A DNA stretch of 58,326 nucleotides from an uncultured Candidatus Saccharibacteria bacterium (GTDB lineage: Bacteria; Patescibacteriota; Minisyncoccia; Phycocordibacterales; UBA5272). The first letter of the stretch is position 1. Each line of letters opens with the position of its first letter. The translations under genes and the position numbers were made by a program. Location of the stretch: positions 10,401-68,726 of the forward strand of contig CAYGDA010000003.1 in assembly GCA_964348515.1 (NCBI GenBank), in the 5' to 3' direction. Under the pieces are notes generated by a model. It saw nothing but the letters and a program-made list of their open reading frames with translations. It was not told where the DNA came from and ran no database searches. Shown piece after piece: positions 55,812-58,326 of the stretch.

Positions 55812-56972
55812 ATGAAAATCCTTGCTATTGAAACAAGCTGTGATGAAACAGCCATAAGTTTGATTGAAACAAAAGGGAAATTATCATCCCCTTCTTTCAA
55901 GGTACTCGCAAATAATTTGCTCTCGCAAGTCCTGATCCATACCAAATACGGAGGGGTTTTCCCTAATCTGGCGAAACGCGAACATGAGAAAGCTTTGACT
56001 CCGCTCCTTGAAACAACCCTGCAAAAAGCCGACCTTTTAAAAAAAGTAAAAAAACCAAGAAAAATTTCCTCTTCGGTGATAAAAATACTGGACCGCGAAC
56101 GATCGCTGGGCGATATTTTAATTCCTTTTCTAGGCGGCATAGAAATTCCAAAAATAGACGCTGTCGCCGTAACCGCTGGTCCCGGACTTGAGCCGGCGTT
56201 GTGGGTCGGAATAAATTTTGCCAAAGTTCTGTCAAAAGCCTGGGAACTGCCGCTTTATCCGGTAAACCACATGGAGGGGCACATGATTGCCGCGTGTCTG
56301 GAGAAAACCGGAACGAATGACTACAAACTCACAAACCTTAAATCTTCCGCCGTAGCCCTTCTTATTTCCGGAGGACACACGGAACTTATAGAAATAAAAA
56401 AATGGGGCTCGTACAAACTTATGGGAGAAACTCGCGACGATGCGGCGGGAGAAGCCTTCGACAAGACTGCCCGCGTTCTTGGTCTTCCCTACCCCGGAGG
56501 ACCGGAAATCAGCGCTCTCGCGGAAAAAGCGCGTAAGGAAAAAATTGTCCCGGAAATAAAATTTCCGAGGCCAATGATAAATACTCCTGATTATGATTTC
56601 TCATTTTCCGGGCTAAAAACATCCGTTCTCTACGCTTCGGAAAAAATCGGAAAACTATCCGACTTCCAGAAAAAATCATTCGCTCTTGAGTTTGAAAACG
56701 CGGTAACAGAAACTCTGCTTTCTAAAACACTGCGCGCCATAAAAAACAAAAAGGCAAAAATTCTGATAATGGGCGGCGGAGTCTCTGCCAATAAACACAT
56801 CCGCAATGAGTTTAAAAAAACCGCGAAGAAAAATAAATTTAAACTATGCGTGCCCGTAAATAAACTGTCCACCGATAACGCCCTTATGATTGCCGCAACC
56901 GCGTATCTGCACATACTGCAAAAAAAGAAACCTTCATATAGCTTCAAAGCATCCGGTAACTGGCAATTATAA
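55812..56972 (+). CDS. tsaD: tRNA N6-adenosine threonylcarbamoyltransferase
   Basis: MKILAIETSCDETA start, HMEGH metal site, Kae1/TsaD pattern. Confidence 0.9.
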   Translation: MKILAIETSCDETAISLIETKGKLSSPSFKVLANNLLSQVLIHTKYGGVFPNLAKREHEKALTPLLETTLQKADLLKKVKKPRKISSSVIKILDRERSLGDILIPFLGGIEIPKIDAVAVTAGPGLEPALWVGINFAKVLSKAWELPLYPVNHMEGHMIAACLEKTGTNDYKLTNLKSSAVALLISGGHTELIEIKKWGSYKLMGETRDDAAGEAFDKTARVLGLPYPGGPEISALAEKARKEKIVPEIKFPRPMINTPDYDFSFSGLKTSVLYASEKIGKLSDFQKKSFALEFENAVTETLLSKTLRAIKNKKAKILIMGGGVSANKHIRNEFKKTAKKNKFKLCVPVNKLSTDNALMIAATAYLHILQKKKPSYSFKASGNWQL

Positions 56973-56993
56973 AACCCGCCTAAGGCGGGTTTT
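56971..56993. terminator. bidirectional intrinsic terminator
   Basis: AAAACCCGCC-taa-GGCGGGTTTT. Confidence 0.8.
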
Positions 56994-57024
56994 ATAATGG
57001 AACCCTTTTGTGTTTGCGTCCAAG

Positions 57025-57234
57025 GACGGCGAGCGGGGCTTAGCTCCAAAACAAATGTCTTTTGTGAGTGCAGCCGCTCGCCGTCTCTGAAAACAACGGC
57101 TGCACAGAATCAAGCGTATCGTATATAAATGTGGGGCGCAACTCTCAAAACCGGTTGCCCACAAACGCAAATCCCGCCTTTCGGCGGGACTTACGCAGAC
57201 ATTCGTGTTTTGAGAGCCAAAACACTCACGCCCC
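57025..57234. ncRNA. candidate structured non-coding RNA or regulatory region (strand undetermined)
   Basis: A 12-bp helix pairs 57025-57036 with 57074-57085. An 8-bp helix pairs 57069-57076 with 57097-57104. A nested long-range helix pairs 57133-57151 with 57207-57234 and encloses hairpin 57172-57189. Confidence 0.35.
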
Positions 57235-57305
57235 TATCTTAGCAGATTTTACATATTTGTCAACCCCGTGAAAGAAATCACGCCTAATTTGCTCATGCAA
57301 ATATT

Positions 57306-58133
57306 TCACTGGGTTAATCCCTTACGCCTAAGCTGCATATATGCGTTTGCTCTGGCGACAAAAGATATCGGGACTGTAATAAAATTAACCGCTATAAGGA
57401 AAACCAAAACAACCTTGGGTAGGGCTATGGAAAACATCGCCATAAACACGGGCAGGAAATTTGAGAAAGAAATTAAAAAATAAACCAGGAGAGAAAACAC
57501 GAAAAGCCTGATATTTTCCCCTTTAGTAAGAAAAAAACTCCTAACGAGAGACGATACTCCCTTTTCCTCGTCAAGTATGAAGAAACGGAAAAACTGCAGC
57601 CTCATTGAAAAGAAAAGGAGAACCACCGTAAGAACCGCAACCATAGACAGATAATAAACCGGGGAGGTAAGCAATGTGTTATATATAACCGCGCCAAACG
57701 GAACACCGTTCACAAAGGCATTGGCCTCTTCATACGGCAGAAATCTGAAAAGAACCGTGCCCATAACAACCACATACGAAAGAGTCATGGCCGGCAAAAA
57801 AACAAGACCGTACAGAATAAAACTTCCAAAAAATTTAAGAAACAGATGCGTGCGGTTTCGGAAATAAGGCAGTCCAATGGTTTCTCCCTTGGCGGCCAAA
57901 AGCGACAGCGCGCTTCCGGCGAATTCTATTACCGTATTGGACAAAAGCAGAGCAAGCTGCAAAAAAATTGTCAGGAAAGCGCCCAGTCCCACGACCCCAA
58001 CTTTTGCAAAAAGAAACGAGAAAAAATTACTGACTGAAAAAGCCGCCATCACAAAAACAAGAAAAACAGACCAGTGAGAACTAACCCCGCGCCACCCTTC
58101 CGCAAACGCCTCCCTGATTGAAAAAGTATTCAT
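57306..58133 (-). CDS. polytopic membrane protein, no family recognised
   Basis: 275-aa ORF with about six to seven TM helices. Confidence 0.6.
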   Translation of the reverse strand: MNTFSIREAFAEGWRGVSSHWSVFLVFVMAAFSVSNFFSFLFAKVGVVGLGAFLTIFLQLALLLSNTVIEFAGSALSLLAAKGETIGLPYFRNRTHLFLKFFGSFILYGLVFLPAMTLSYVVVMGTVLFRFLPYEEANAFVNGVPFGAVIYNTLLTSPVYYLSMVAVLTVVLLFFSMRLQFFRFFILDEEKGVSSLVRSFFLTKGENIRLFVFSLLVYFLISFSNFLPVFMAMFSIALPKVVLVFLIAVNFITVPISFVARANAYMQLRRKGLTQ

Positions 58134-58159
58134 TATTTTATTATGTCACAAAATTTCAT
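58133..58159 (-). CDS. 8-codon upstream ORF (MKFCDIIK) overlapping the membrane-protein start in TAATG
   Basis: AAGGAGGA RBS (58166-58173, minus strand) lies 6-7 nt before its ATG. The main ORF has no SD of its own. Confidence 0.4.
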   Translation of the reverse strand: MKFCDIIK

Positions 58160-58186
58160 GAGAAATCCTCCTTACCCGAGACAGGA

Positions 58187-58296
58187 CCGGCCCGCACAAA
58201 GCTTCACTTACTGTGGTCACAAGTTTTTGCCTGCTGGCAAAACTCGCGACCCCGCCTCGCGCCGCCGCGCTCCGGCCCGCACAAAGCTTCACTTTG
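58187..58296 (-). repeat. tRNA-linked structured spacer element, copy C, containing a 22-nt perfect direct repeat
   Basis: The box lies at 58242-58258 (complement) and the helix at 58220-58246. CCGGCCCGCACAAAGCTTCACT occurs at 58187-58208 and 58272-58293. Confidence 0.55.
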
Positions 58297-58326
58297 TGCG
58301 CGTGGAAGGAATCGGACCTTCGACCT
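58297..58326 (-). tRNA. 3' part of a tRNA-like gene truncated by the window edge (identity unknown)
   Basis: Read on the minus strand: variable AGGTC, T-arm GAAGG-TCCGATT-CCTTC, acceptor CACGCGC plus A. The T-loop has C where U55 is expected. Confidence 0.4.

Noticed and set aside
58187-58293. 22-nt perfect direct repeat as a possible mini-CRISPR
   Set aside because: There are only two copies, with an 85-nt spacing that contains the conserved tRNA-linked box. There are no cas genes. It is better explained as part of the spacer element.
1-58326. Alternative genetic code (UGA recoding, as in some CPR lineages)
   Set aside because: Long conserved genes are intact under the standard code. TGA terminates several well-delimited ORFs, for example at 5507-5509 and 54533-54535.

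Overview
A 58.3-kb, gene-dense bacterial chromosomal window read with the standard code (TGA is used as a stop, for example at 5507-5509 and 54533-54535). I saw no rRNA, CRISPR array, transposase or integrase. The gene content suggests a reduced-genome Patescibacteria/CPR (Parcubacteria-like) organism. This rests on short dnaX and infB genes, a tandem array of small TrbC/VirB2-like pilin proteins, a type IV pilin, a SWIB-domain protein and a DUF4446 protein. The lineage call is an inference, not a search result. Housekeeping genes recognised from motifs are dnaX, dus, ftsQ-like, serS, dprA, topA, a Rel/SpoT homolog, parB, miaA, cutA, rpmG, clpB, Fe/Mn SOD, cysteine desulfurase, infB, rbfA, gyrA, rpsA, an ECF sigma factor, pth, lepB, hisS, rpsU, ybeY, ftsA, ftsZ, trxB and tsaD. 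Eleven complete tRNA genes and one partial tRNA at the right edge were folded by hand. Several ORF-track entries are artificially extended through tRNAs. The items most worth a second look are: (1) a GC-rich two-gene secreted-protein cassette (38.35-40.0 kb) with a near-consensus promoter, a strong terminator and a flanking 10-bp direct repeat; (2) a structured spacer element found three times just 3' of tRNA genes, with compensatory base changes; (3) six tandem pilin-like paralogs (30.1-32.5 kb); (4) a 310-nt convergent intergenic region full of long and competing helices (57.0-57.3 kb); (5) unlisted small ORFs, namely a 9-Cys peptide behind a peroxiredoxin, a 36-aa very basic protein, and an 8-codon uORF overlapping a membrane-protein start; (6) four mRNAs that start 5-17 nt after a tRNA 3' end; (7) a translationally coupled 2H-phosphoesterase and nucleotidyltransferase pair. 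All family calls come from motif reading. No database search was run.
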